NCBI GenBank assembly: GCA_028817225.1
Contig: JAPPQC010000047.1
Span: forward strand, 9,284-73,283
Direction of reading: 5' to 3'
DNA: 64,000 nt
From: Gammaproteobacteria bacterium
GTDB taxonomy: Bacteria; Pseudomonadota; Gammaproteobacteria; Poriferisulfidales; Oxydemutatoraceae
Part shown: one piece after another, positions 39,641 to 52,924 of the stretch
Layout of the letters: every line of letters begins with the position of its first letter
Numbering within the stretch: the stretch's first letter is position 1
The notes under the pieces: model-generated
Told to the model about the DNA's origin: nothing
The model's database searches: none
What the model saw: only the letters and a program-made list of their open reading frames with translations
Program-made: the position numbers and the translations under genes

Positions 39641-40197
39641 TTCGGCGCGCCGTCCAGGATATAGACGAGCGAACCCGGCGCGAGTTGCCCGAACAGCGCG
39701 ACGATGTCGTCGTTCTTCATGCGCACGCAGCCGACCGACGCCGGCGAGCCGATGTGCTTTTCATCCACGGTGCCGTGAATGTAGATGCAGCGCCGCAGCG
39801 AATCGCGCGCGCCGCCGCGGTTGACGCGCGGCTCCAGGCCGGCCAGTTGCAGGATGCGCGAGCAGATGGCGTCATCGCCGCCGGGCGCGTCCGGTTCGGC
39901 GATTTCCCCGACCGGGCGGCGCGCGACAAAACGCGAGAACAGCGGCTCGCCGTCGCCGATTTTCCTGAAGACATAATGCGCGCCGGTCGGCGTGCGCCAC
40001 GAACCCTCGTCGCCGCCGAGGCCGTAGCGCGAGGTCGAGACCGGGTAGCACGCCCGCAGGCGGCGCCCGGAAACAACGCACAACTGCTGCGTCGCCGGGT
40101 CCACGACGGCCAGCGGCAGGTGCGCGCGCCGCGGGTATTCGCGGCAAAGGCGTTTCGCCTGACCGCGCCAGTCGAAGCCCGGACGCACGACCTTCAC
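39637..40197 (-). CDS. L,D-transpeptidase (YkuD domain) protein
   Basis: Catalytic motif HGT...GSPASVGCVRM. No obvious signal peptide. Confidence 0.75.
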   Translation of the reverse strand: MKVVRPGFDWRGQAKRLCREYPRRAHLPLAVVDPATQQLCVVSGRRLRACYPVSTSRYGLGGDEGSWRTPTGAHYVFRKIGDGEPLFSRFVARRPVGEIAEPDAPGGDDAICSRILQLAGLEPRVNRGGARDSLRRCIYIHGTVDEKHIGSPASVGCVRMKNDDIVALFGQLAPGSLVYILDGAPK

Positions 40198-40209
40198 CCC
40201 GCGCGCCGC

Positions 40210-41705
<1,496 letters not shown>

Positions 41706-41706
<1 letters not shown>

Positions 41707-42272
41707 CAGATGAAGTCCTCCGGGTCGGCGCCGCGCCGCAGGCCGGGGTTCAGCATGAAGTAGTCCGAGTACGGTTCCGGCAGCACCGACACGACGAAGC
41801 CCGCGCCTTCAAGAAACGGCGGCAGAAACAGCGCGCCGCGCCACCACGGCGAGGACGGCACCTCGGTCAGGCTGAACAGCAGCACCAGCAAAACGACGAT
41901 GGCGCTGCCGCGCACCAGGCCGAAGACGCCGCCGAAAAAGCGGTTGGCGCCGCTGAGCGCGCCGGCGTTGACGGCGCGGTTGATGCGGCGCGCGATGAAG
42001 CGCCCGACAACCAGCACCAGCAGCGCGATGGCGACAAAGGACGCCGCCCGCGCAAGGTCTTCCGCGCCCGCCGTCAGGCCGGCGACGGCCAGTTCGCGCC
42101 CGCGCCATTCCTCCGGCAGCCAGCGCAGCGGGTAGTCGGCAAAACGAAACGCGGCGAAAAACGCCAGCAACAGCGTCGCCAGCGACGCGACCTCGCGGAC
42201 AAAACCCTTGTAAATGCCCAGCACCATCGAGACAAAAACAATGACAAAGATGAAAATATCGAGATACGCCAT
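41706..42272 (-). CDS. cvpA: Colicin V production protein CvpA
   Basis: [28 protein letters not shown]..., four TM helices. It is the immediate upstream partner of purF, as in E. coli. Confidence 0.9.
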
Positions 42273-42344
42273 CGCCGCAGACTCCGTTCAGCCGTCAACG
42301 ACCGGGGTGAAAATATCGGGATATGCCATTGTCGCAGATGCCGT

Positions 42345-42911
42345 TCAACCGCCGTGGCCGTCGTCGTCGTCACCCTGCGAGCGGACCAGCGCCGTGATGC
42401 CGTGTTTCTTTTTCAGGTCGCGGACGATTTGCTCCGCCGCGCCGCGGCTTTTGTGCGGGCCGATTCTGACGAAATAAACCGGCGCGCCCCGCCGGTCCTG
42501 CGCTTCCTTGAAGAAAACCGGATCAAACCCCGCCTTGCTGAGCGTGGCGCGCAAACTGTCGGCGTTCTCCCGCACCGAAAAAACGCCGGCCTGCACAACC
42601 CACAGCGCCCGCGCCGCGCCGTCGGGCGCCCGCGCCGCGCCGTCGCGGACAACCGGCGCCGCCGCCCGCAGCGGCCCTTTCATCGGCGCCCGCCGCACCG
42701 CCGTGCCGGTCGTGCCGGCGGCCTCCCCCTGCGCCCGCTCAAGCGCCGGAAAATGCTGCCCGAAAACAATCGCCGGTTTTTCCGGCGCCTCAATCCTGAC
42801 CTGCGAAAACTCGCGGTAGCCCTCGCCGTCAAACAACGCCGGCAGCACAATGACCGCAAGCGCCACGACAATCACGGCCCCCGCAAGCCTCTCCTTCATC
42901 GGCTGCTCCAT
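42345..42911 (-). CDS. dedD: SPOR-domain cell-division protein (DedD-like)
   Basis: An N-terminal TM helix, a Pro/Ala-rich linker and a C-terminal SPOR domain (WVVQAGVFSVRENADSLRATLSKAGFD...YFVRIGPHKSR). Confidence 0.8.
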   Translation of the reverse strand: MEQPMKERLAGAVIVVALAVIVLPALFDGEGYREFSQVRIEAPEKPAIVFGQHFPALERAQGEAAGTTGTAVRRAPMKGPLRAAAPVVRDGAARAPDGAARALWVVQAGVFSVRENADSLRATLSKAGFDPVFFKEAQDRRGAPVYFVRIGPHKSRGAAEQIVRDLKKKHGITALVRSQGDDDDGHGG

Positions 42912-42951
42912 GCCCTTATTATATGGGAATTCCCGGCAAAGGCCGAAACCC

Positions 42952-43953
42952 TCAAAGGTGGCCGTCGCGTTTCAGGACGCGCACCAGGAAATTGCCGGAG
43001 GCCTCGACCAGATTGAAGGGAGGCCCGCTGTCCGGCTTCTCACCCGCCATGATCAGGTAGCGGGTAATCGGCGTCGGCGCGCCGTACTCTTTGGTGCCGA
43101 TTCTGATGTCGGCGGACGCGAAGATGCGGTACTCCGTCTGCGCCAGCAGGTAGTTGTCCGGCGGCCCTTCGGACGGCGACAACAGCCGCCTCAATTCCGG
43201 AAACCGGCGGTGCGTGAAAACCGTGAAATGTTTCGCCAGATGCTCGTGATAATTCCCGGCATGGTGGTTCGTCATGAAGTACAACGGCATGCCGCGCGGA
43301 ATCAGCCTCTTCAAATCCTTGACGAAGCAGTTGGTGAGCCAGCCGCACACGGCCCCGAAACCGGGGAATTTCCTCCGGCTGAGCACTCCTTCCAGCCGGA
43401 TAATCCTGAAATGCACGGCGGCATACTCTTCGCCGAGGGCGCGCAGCACCGGGCCTGCCAGCGACTCCACCAGCGCGGAAGGCTTGAACCCCACTCCGAT
43501 GCCGGCAATGCGCGCACGATCATAGTAGTGATTCAGCGGAATGGTGGCGTGGGTCATCGCATCGGCGGGCAGCGTTTTGGAGATGACGCGGTAGTCGCGG
43601 TTCTGCCCGTCGGAGACCGGGGATACACCGGGCAGGCGCAGGCATTCCGTGTCCGGGATTCCGAGCGAGCCAAAATCATCCCGCGACACGACGGACAGCT
43701 GGCAATCCCTGCTGTCGCCGTTTCTGTACTGTATTCGCAACAGGGAATTCTCCAGATCCGTGTAGCGGCTCCAGCCGGGCGGCGGAAGATGTCCGCGGTT
43801 GTGCCGGGCCTCCAGGTTGGGAGGCGGCACAACCAGCGTGCGCCCCAGGCAGGCCGCCTCCCTGATTTGCGTTCCCAGGTTGGAAAAGTTGTGTATCAGG
43901 CCTCCGGTCGAGCCGACGGATGCATACACAAGATATCCCGGCGCATCGGTCAT
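42952..43953 (-). CDS. POFUT1-like (GDP-fucose protein O-fucosyltransferase / GT65-GT23 superfamily) glycosyltransferase
   Basis: The N-terminus GYLVYASVGSTGGLIHNFSNLGTQIREAACLGRTLVVPPP closely mirrors the POFUT1 motif [38 protein letters not shown]. It is 333 aa. GC is lower (~58-60%) than its neighbours. Its ATG overlaps the folC TGA (ATGA). The Arg-rich ORF-track extension into folC is rejected. Confidence 0.6.
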   Translation of the reverse strand: MTDAPGYLVYASVGSTGGLIHNFSNLGTQIREAACLGRTLVVPPPNLEARHNRGHLPPPGWSRYTDLENSLLRIQYRNGDSRDCQLSVVSRDDFGSLGIPDTECLRLPGVSPVSDGQNRDYRVISKTLPADAMTHATIPLNHYYDRARIAGIGVGFKPSALVESLAGPVLRALGEEYAAVHFRIIRLEGVLSRRKFPGFGAVCGWLTNCFVKDLKRLIPRGMPLYFMTNHHAGNYHEHLAKHFTVFTHRRFPELRRLLSPSEGPPDNYLLAQTEYRIFASADIRIGTKEYGAPTPITRYLIMAGEKPDSGPPFNLVEASGNFLVRVLKRDGHL

Positions 43954-45290
43954 CGCGCCGCCGGCGCCGTCCCGGCCAGGGCCTCGGCCACGGTCAGCAT
44001 TGAGCCGAACACCAGCAGGCGTTCGCCGCCGCCTGTGTGCGACGCCGCCTCGCGGTACGCCTGCGCGACCGACGGGAAATGCCGCACCGTGCCGGCGCCG
44101 GCGTGGCGGCGCACAATCTCGCACAGTTGCGCGAGCGGCAGCGCGTCCGACGACCCGGCCTCGCCCAGGTACCAGCAGTCCACCAGCGGCGCGACGATCC
44201 GGACGACGCCCTCGACATCCTTGCTCGACAGCATCGAGAACACCGCGTGCAAACGCCCCGTGCCGTCCAGCGCGCGCAGGTTGCCGGCCATGACCTCGGC
44301 GCCGTGCGGGTTGTGCGCGATGTCGAAGATGTGCAGGCGTTCGCCGTCCGGCGCCGCGACGCGCCGTATCTGGAAGCGCCCGTGCAGTTGCACATTGGCG
44401 AGTCCGCGGCGCACCGCGTCCGGCGCGACCTGGAAATGGCCGCGCAAGTGCGCGAGCGCGGCCAGCGCGCAGCACGCATTCTGCAACTGAATCTCGCCGT
44501 AGAGCGCCGGCGGCGGCAGATTCTCAAGGCCGCCGCCGCGCGCGACGAAGTCCCAGCCGTGGTCGTGTTTGCGGTAGTTGAAGTCAACGCCGAAACGCTC
44601 GACCGCGACGCCGCGCCGCGTCAACTGCTCGATGGCGCCGCGCGGCGGCTGCGGGTCGCCGTAGATGCACGGCCTGCCGGGGCGGGCGATGCCGGCCTTC
44701 TCGGCGGCGATGGACTCGCGGTCGCTGCCGAGCCATTCGGTGTGGTCAATGCCGATGCCGGTGATGACGGCGACATCGGCGTCCACGATGTTGACCGCAT
44801 CGAGCCGCCCGCCGAGGCCGGTCTCCAGAATGACGACATCCGGCGAACAGCGGTGAAAATGCCACAGCGCCGCCAGCGTGCCGACCTCGAAGAAACTCAG
44901 GCTGATGTCGCCGCGCTGCCGCTCGATGACCTCAAACGCCTCGCACAGCGCCGCGTCGCCGGCGCACTCCCCGCCAACGCGGATGCGCTCGTTGTAGCGG
45001 TGAATGTGCGGCGAGGTGTAACTCGCGGTCGCGCAGCCGTGCTCGCGCAGAATGGATTCAAGCAGCGCCACCGTCGAACCCTTGCCGTTGGTGCCGGCCA
45101 CCGTGACGACCGGCCACGGCGCCGGCAGCAGCCCGATGCGCAGCGCGACCTCGCGCACGCGCTCAAGCCCGAGTTCTATCTCCGCCGGGTGGGCGCGCTT
45201 GTGCCGCCTGAGCCAGCACCGCAGGTCGTCCGCGGCGCCGGCGCGGTTGATGGCCGTCCCGTTCACGGTCACTCGCGCAGGCGCGCGCAA
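43950..45290 (-). CDS. folC: Dihydrofolate synthase / folylpolyglutamate synthase
   Basis: Contains ...LGLERVREVALRIGLLPAPWPVVTVAGTNGKGST..., 446 aa. Confidence 0.93.
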   Translation of the reverse strand: MRAPARVTVNGTAINRAGAADDLRCWLRRHKRAHPAEIELGLERVREVALRIGLLPAPWPVVTVAGTNGKGSTVALLESILREHGCATASYTSPHIHRYNERIRVGGECAGDAALCEAFEVIERQRGDISLSFFEVGTLAALWHFHRCSPDVVILETGLGGRLDAVNIVDADVAVITGIGIDHTEWLGSDRESIAAEKAGIARPGRPCIYGDPQPPRGAIEQLTRRGVAVERFGVDFNYRKHDHGWDFVARGGGLENLPPPALYGEIQLQNACCALAALAHLRGHFQVAPDAVRRGLANVQLHGRFQIRRVAAPDGERLHIFDIAHNPHGAEVMAGNLRALDGTGRLHAVFSMLSSKDVEGVVRIVAPLVDCWYLGEAGSSDALPLAQLCEIVRRHAGAGTVRHFPSVAQAYREAASHTGGGERLLVFGSMLTVAEALAGTAPAAR

Positions 45291-45399
45291 GACCGCCTGA
45301 TTTCAGATGTCGTTTTCATGAAAAACCGGATAAACTCGGTATTCTATCAAACCGCAACCGCATCAAATCATCCCGCAAACCGATGACTCCCCGCGCGAC

Positions 45400-46602
45400 A
45401 TGAGATTCCTGGCCGCCGCCGTCACGCCGGTAACCTGGGCCGACCTGGCGCGCGGCGCGCGCGCCGCCGCCGCGCGCGACGGCGTCGCCGAATTCGAGCG
45501 CGCGCTCGGCGCCTGGTTCGGCGGCGCGCACGCCTGCACATTCGGCTCGCTGATGCGTTCGGTCAAGGCGTGCATGCTGGCGGTGCGCGGAACTTCGACG
45601 CGCCGCCGGGTCGTGCTGTCGCGCTACTCCTGCCCCAGTTTCGCGCACGGCATTCTCGCCGCGGGCCTTGAGATCGAGTATTGCGACACCGACCCGTGCA
45701 CGCTCGCCTTCGACATGGAATGCTTCCGGCGCATTGACCTGTCGCAGGTGTGCGCCGTGGTCTGCGCCAACCTCTTCGGCCTCGCCTACCCGGTGCGCGA
45801 CATCGCCGCCGCGTGCAAGGCCGGCGGCGCGGCGCTGGTCGAGGGCGTGGACTACGGCATCGGCACCGAATCCGGCGGCGCGCGCCTCGGCACGCTCGGC
45901 GACTTTGCGATACTCAACTTCCAGGAAGGCAAGGCGCTGCCCATCGGCGGCGGCGCGGTCGTCACCCGCCACGGCGACGCCATGGAGCGGGTGCCGGGGT
46001 TTTCGCGGCGGCGCCCGCGCGGGCGCCGGATGCTGACGCTGGCGGCGTTCAGAATCCTGACCAATCCGCACGCCTACGGCCTTTTCATCAAAGCCGCGCA
46101 AATCGGAAAAGTCAACCTGCGGCGGCGCTTCTCGATGGAGGACACCATCCGCAAGACACGCGCCGAATACGACTACGCGCCGGAAGGCGGCGCGCTCGAT
46201 TCGGTCTCCGACTTTCAGGCCGGCGTCGGCATGGCGCTGCTGGAGAAACTGGAACACCACATCGAGGTGCGGCGGCGCAACGCCGGCATCATCGAGGAGA
46301 CGCTCGGCGGCGCGCGCGGCGTTGAACTGATCGAGCGCGACCCCGGCCTCGGCAAGACGCACTACATCCGCTACCCGTGCCTCGTCGCCGCCGGCGCGCG
46401 CGACGGCCTGATCGCGCACCTGCACCGGCGCCGCATCGAGGCCAGCTGGATGTATGTGGACCAGGGCATGGAGGTGGACGCCGCGCGCTTCCCCGGCGCG
46501 CGGCGCATCCGCGACTGCCTGGTGACGCTGCCGTGCCACCCGCATGTGACCGCCGACGACGCGCGGCGCATCGCGCGAACCACCGCCGAATTTCTCGCCT
46601 GA
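45400..46602 (+). CDS. DegT/DnrJ/EryC1/StrS-family PLP-dependent (sugar) aminotransferase
   Basis: Family pattern across the protein, including the PLP lysine region LGDFAILNFQEGKALPIGGGAVVT. It is on the opposite strand to the flanking accD and folC. The 110-bp spacer before it is AT-rich and divergent from folC. Confidence 0.75.
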   Translation: MRFLAAAVTPVTWADLARGARAAAARDGVAEFERALGAWFGGAHACTFGSLMRSVKACMLAVRGTSTRRRVVLSRYSCPSFAHGILAAGLEIEYCDTDPCTLAFDMECFRRIDLSQVCAVVCANLFGLAYPVRDIAAACKAGGAALVEGVDYGIGTESGGARLGTLGDFAILNFQEGKALPIGGGAVVTRHGDAMERVPGFSRRRPRGRRMLTLAAFRILTNPHAYGLFIKAAQIGKVNLRRRFSMEDTIRKTRAEYDYAPEGGALDSVSDFQAGVGMALLEKLEHHIEVRRRNAGIIEETLGGARGVELIERDPGLGKTHYIRYPCLVAAGARDGLIAHLHRRRIEASWMYVDQGMEVDAARFPGARRIRDCLVTLPCHPHVTADDARRIARTTAEFLA

Positions 46603-46686
46603 CGATGTGTCTGAATACGGCGGCCTGTTGCGGAGACTCCGCCTCGCCCGCCGCCGCAAGGTGATGCGCCGCTTCGGGCCGCGCGG

Positions 46687-47558
<872 letters not shown>

Positions 47559-47562
<4 letters not shown>

Positions 47563-48394
47563 GCCACCTCGCCCGCCGCCGCCGGCGCGCGCACCGCGGC
47601 GTCCATCGCGCGGCGCAGGCCGGCGACGAATTGCGACGCCGCCGACAGCCGCGCCGGTGCGTCGCCGGCGGCGGCGATAACGCCAACCAGCGCGCTGCCG
47701 ACGACGACCGCGTCGGCCATTTGCGCGATGCGCGCGGCGGTGTCGCCGTCGCGGATGCCGAAGCCGACGCCGACCGGCAAATCCGTCAGTTGCCTGATGG
47801 CGGCGACTTTCGGCGCGATGTCGGCGGGGTCAATGCGGTCGGAACCGGTCACGCCCTTCAGCGACACATAATAGACAAAGCCGCGCGCCACCGACACGAT
47901 GCGCCGGATTCGTTCCGGCGTCGTCGTCGGCGACAGCAGAAAGATCGGCGCCGGCGACTGCGGTGCGCCCAGCGCGCCGAGCAACCCGCCGGCCTCTTCC
48001 GGCGGCAGGTCCACCGTCAGCACGCCGTCCACGCCGGCGGCGGCGGCGGCGGCGGTGAAACGCTCGACGCCCATCGCCTCAATCGGGTTCTGGTAGCCCA
48101 TCAGCACGACCGGCGTGCGCGCATCGTCGCGCCTGAATTCATGCATCAGTCCGAGAACTTTCGTCAGGTTCATTCCCGCCGCCAGCGCGCGTTCGCCGGC
48201 GGCCTGAATGACCGGGCCGTCGGCCATCGGGTCGGTGAACGGCACGCCGAGTTCGATGATGTCGGCGCCCGCCGCCGCCAGCGCGTGCATCAGCGGCACG
48301 GTGTCGCCGGGCGACGGGTCGCCCGCCATCAGGTACGGCACCAGCGCCTTTCTGCCGGCGGCGCCGAGACGCGCGAAACAGTCGGCGATGCGGC

Positions 48395-48398
<4 letters not shown>
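47559..48398 (-). CDS. trpA: Tryptophan synthase alpha chain
   Basis: Begins [28 protein letters not shown], 279 aa. Confidence 0.95.
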
Positions 48399-49582
<1,184 letters not shown>

Positions 49583-49586
49583 CGCG

Positions 49587-50234
49587 TCAGTCTCCGCGCC
49601 GCGCGAGGGCGTCGTCGGCGGCGCGCACCGCCTCGACGAAACGGCGCATCGCGTCGTGGTCCTTGACGCCGGCGGCGCACTCGACGCCGCTGCACAAATC
49701 CACCGCGAACGGGCGCACGCGCCGCAGCGCGTCGCCGACATTGGCGGGCGTCAGGCCGCCGGCAAGTATCAGCGGCGCGCCGGCGGTGTCGGGCAGGCGG
49801 TTCCAGTCGAAGGTGCGGCCCTGGCCGCCGCTCTCGCCGGGGCGGTGCGCGTCGAACAGCAATGCGCCCGCGCTCGGCGCGAACTCGGCGGCGGCGCCGG
49901 CGCAGTCGCCGCCGCCGCCCATCGGCAGCGCCTTGATGTACGGCAGGCCGAACGAGGCGCAGAACGCCGGCGTCTCGGCGCCGTGAAATTGCAGGCAGTC
50001 CACGCCGAGGTCGTCCACCGCCCGCTGCACGACATCGCGCGCGGCGTCCATGAACAGCGCCACCACCGTGACGAACGGCGGGCGCGCGGCCAGCAGGTTG
50101 GCGGCGCGCGGCAACTCCAGGCAGCGCGGGCTGCGCGGGTGAAACACCAGGCCGACAGCGTCCACGCCGAGCGCGGCGGCGCGGGCGATGTCATCTGCGG
50201 CGGTCATGCCGCACATTTTAATACGGGTGCGCAT
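49587..50234 (-). CDS. trpF: Phosphoribosylanthranilate isomerase
   Basis: [31 protein letters not shown]..., 215 aa. Its ATG overlaps the alaS stop. Confidence 0.9.
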   Translation of the reverse strand: MRTRIKMCGMTAADDIARAAALGVDAVGLVFHPRSPRCLELPRAANLLAARPPFVTVVALFMDAARDVVQRAVDDLGVDCLQFHGAETPAFCASFGLPYIKALPMGGGGDCAGAAAEFAPSAGALLFDAHRPGESGGQGRTFDWNRLPDTAGAPLILAGGLTPANVGDALRRVRPFAVDLCSGVECAAGVKDHDAMRRFVEAVRAADDALARRGD

Positions 50235-52843
50235 CAGGCCCGCATCTGCTCGCGCACCCACTCCGGCACCGACGCCAGCGCCGCGTCCAGATGCTCCGGG
50301 TCGCTGCCGCCGGCTTCGGCCATGTCGGCGCGGCCTCCGCCGCGGCCCTTGACCTGGCGCGCGACCGCGTTGACCAGCGGGCCGGCCTCGACACGCGCGG
50401 TCGTGTCGCCGGTGACGCCGGCGATCAGTTTGACGCGGCCTTCGTCCACCGCCGCCAGCACGATGGCGGCGGTGCCGAGGCGGTTCTTCAGGCCGTCCAT
50501 CAGCGCGCGCATGGACTTCGGGTCGGGGTTCTCGACGCGCGCGGCGAGCACGCGCACGCCCTCGACCTCGACCGCCGACGCCGCCAAATCGCCGCCGGCG
50601 GCGCCGGACGCCGCGCGCGCCTGCTCGGTCTCGACGGCCTTTTGCAGGCTGCGGTTGGCCTTGACCAACTCGCCGGCTTTGGCGGCGGCGTCGCCCTCGC
50701 GCACCTTCAGCGCGCGGCACACCTCGTCGAGGCGCCGCTCGCGCGCCTCGATGTGCTCGAGCGCGGCGGCGCCGGTCAGCGCCTCGATGCGGCGGACGCC
50801 GGCGGCGACGCCGGACTCGGCGGTGATCTTGAACAGGCCGATGTCGCCGGTGCGCCGCACATGCGTGCCGCCGCACAACTCGACCGAGAAGTCGCCGATG
50901 GTCAGCACGCGCACGGTGTCGTCGTATTTCTCGCCGAACAGCGCGACGGCGCCCCTGCCGAGCGCCTCCTGTTTCGGCATCCATTCGGTCTCGGCGGCGA
51001 TGTTGTCGCGTATCTTTTCATTGACGAGGCGCTCGATGTCGCGCAGTTCGCCGCCGCCGACCGGCTCGCCGTGCGAGAAATCAAAGCGCAGCCGCTCGGC
51101 GGCGACCAGCGAGCCTTTCTGCTCGACATGCGCGCCGAGCACCTGTTTCAGCGCCGCGTGCAGCAGGTGGGTGGCCGAATGGTTGCGGACGATGGCGGCG
51201 CGGCGCGCGGCGTCCACCTGCGCCCGCATCGTCTCGCCCGACTCGCAGCGCCCGTGTTCGACGACGCCGGTGTGCCGGTTGAAGCGGCCCGCCTTGCGCG
51301 TGTCCTCGACGCGGAAGGCGCCGTGCGCGCCGCTCAGCAGGCCGCTGTCGCCGACCTGGCCGCCGGCCTCGGCGTAAAACGGCGTGTTGTCGAGTATCAC
51401 CGCGCCGTGCTCGCCGCTCTCCAGCGCCTCGACCGCCTCGCCGCCGCGAAACATCGCAATCACGCGCCCGCTGTCTTGCAGCGTGTCGTAGCCGCTGAAC
51501 GAGTGCTCGCCCTCGACCGGCGCCGGCGCGTCCTCTTCCATCGCAAAGCGGCTCGCCCGCCGGGCGCGGTCTTTCTGCTGCCGCATCAGTTGTTCGAAGC
51601 CGTCGTAGTCCAACGCGAGGTTTTTCTCGCGCGCGATGTCGGCGGTGAGGTCCACCGGAAAGCCGTAGGTGTCGTACAACTTGAACACCAGGTCGCCCGG
51701 CAGCGCGCCCGACGACAGTTCCGCCATGTTCTCCTCCAGCACCGCGAGGCCCTGGCTCAGGGTCTCGCTGAAGCGTTCCTCCTCGTCGCGCAGCATCGCG
51801 GCGACGCGCGTTTGCGCCTGCGCCAGTTCCGGGAAGGCGTCGCCCATGCGCGCCGCCAGCGGCGCCACCAGGCGGTGGAAAAACGCCTCGTCAACTCCCA
51901 ACTTGCGGCCATGGCGCAGCGCGCGGCGGATGATGCGGCGCAGCACATAACCGCGGCCCTCGTTCGACGGCACGACGCCGTCGGTCATCAGGAAACTGCA
52001 CGAGCGGATGTGGTCGGCGATGACTTTCAGCGACGAAGACGGCGCGCGGGCGTCCGCGCCCGCGAGATCGGCGACCTCCTGTATCAGGCCGCGGAACAGG
52101 TCGGTGCCGTAATTGTCGCTGGTGCCCTGCAACACCGCGGCGAGGCGCTCAAGGCCCATGCCGGTGTCCACCGACGGTTTCGGCAGCGCGCGCAATTCGC
52201 CGTCGGCGCCGCGCTCGTGCTGCATGAACACCAGGTTCCACAATTCGACATAGCGGTCGCCGTCGCTGTCGTCGGAGCCGGGCGGCCCGCCGGCGACGCC
52301 GGCGCCGTGGTCGTAGAAAATCTCGGTGCACGGCCCGCACGGGCCGACCTCGCCCATCGTCCAGAAATTGTCGGCGCCGGCGATGCGGGCGAAGCGCGAT
52401 TCGGCGACGCCGATTTGATTCAGCCAGATTTCGGCGGCCTCGTCGTCGTCCTCGTACACCGTCACCCACAGTTTCTCCGGCGGCAATCCGGCGACGCCGG
52501 TGACGAACTCCCAGGCGTAGGCGATCGCCTCGCGCTTGAAGTAGTCGCCGAAACTGAAGTTGCCGAGCATCTCGAAGAAGGTGTGGTGCCTCGCCGTGTA
52601 GCCGACGTTCTCAAGATCATTGTGCTTGCCGCCGGCGCGCACGCAGCGCTGGCTGCTGACGGCGCGCGGATACGGCGCCTGCTCCCTGCCGAGAAAGATG
52701 TCCTTGAACTGCACCATGCCGGCGTTGGTGAACAGCAGCGTCGGGTCGTTGGCCGGCACCAGCGGACTCGAAGGCACGACGGCGTGCCCCCTGGCCTCGA
52801 AAAAATCAAGGAAGGAACGCCGGATTTCAGATGTGGTTTTCAT
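50234..52843 (-). CDS. alaS: Alanine--tRNA ligase
   Basis: 869 aa, begins [43 protein letters not shown]. Confidence 0.97.
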   Translation of the reverse strand: MKTTSEIRRSFLDFFEARGHAVVPSSPLVPANDPTLLFTNAGMVQFKDIFLGREQAPYPRAVSSQRCVRAGGKHNDLENVGYTARHHTFFEMLGNFSFGDYFKREAIAYAWEFVTGVAGLPPEKLWVTVYEDDDEAAEIWLNQIGVAESRFARIAGADNFWTMGEVGPCGPCTEIFYDHGAGVAGGPPGSDDSDGDRYVELWNLVFMQHERGADGELRALPKPSVDTGMGLERLAAVLQGTSDNYGTDLFRGLIQEVADLAGADARAPSSSLKVIADHIRSCSFLMTDGVVPSNEGRGYVLRRIIRRALRHGRKLGVDEAFFHRLVAPLAARMGDAFPELAQAQTRVAAMLRDEEERFSETLSQGLAVLEENMAELSSGALPGDLVFKLYDTYGFPVDLTADIAREKNLALDYDGFEQLMRQQKDRARRASRFAMEEDAPAPVEGEHSFSGYDTLQDSGRVIAMFRGGEAVEALESGEHGAVILDNTPFYAEAGGQVGDSGLLSGAHGAFRVEDTRKAGRFNRHTGVVEHGRCESGETMRAQVDAARRAAIVRNHSATHLLHAALKQVLGAHVEQKGSLVAAERLRFDFSHGEPVGGGELRDIERLVNEKIRDNIAAETEWMPKQEALGRGAVALFGEKYDDTVRVLTIGDFSVELCGGTHVRRTGDIGLFKITAESGVAAGVRRIEALTGAAALEHIEARERRLDEVCRALKVREGDAAAKAGELVKANRSLQKAVETEQARAASGAAGGDLAASAVEVEGVRVLAARVENPDPKSMRALMDGLKNRLGTAAIVLAAVDEGRVKLIAGVTGDTTARVEAGPLVNAVARQVKGRGGGRADMAEAGGSDPEHLDAALASVPEWVREQMRA

Positions 52844-52924
52844 CGCTCAAACACGGAGGTAACGGGTTAGTTTATCAAATACGGCGCAAAACGCCGGGCG
52901 GCGCGCGTTCAGCCGGGCAATGCC

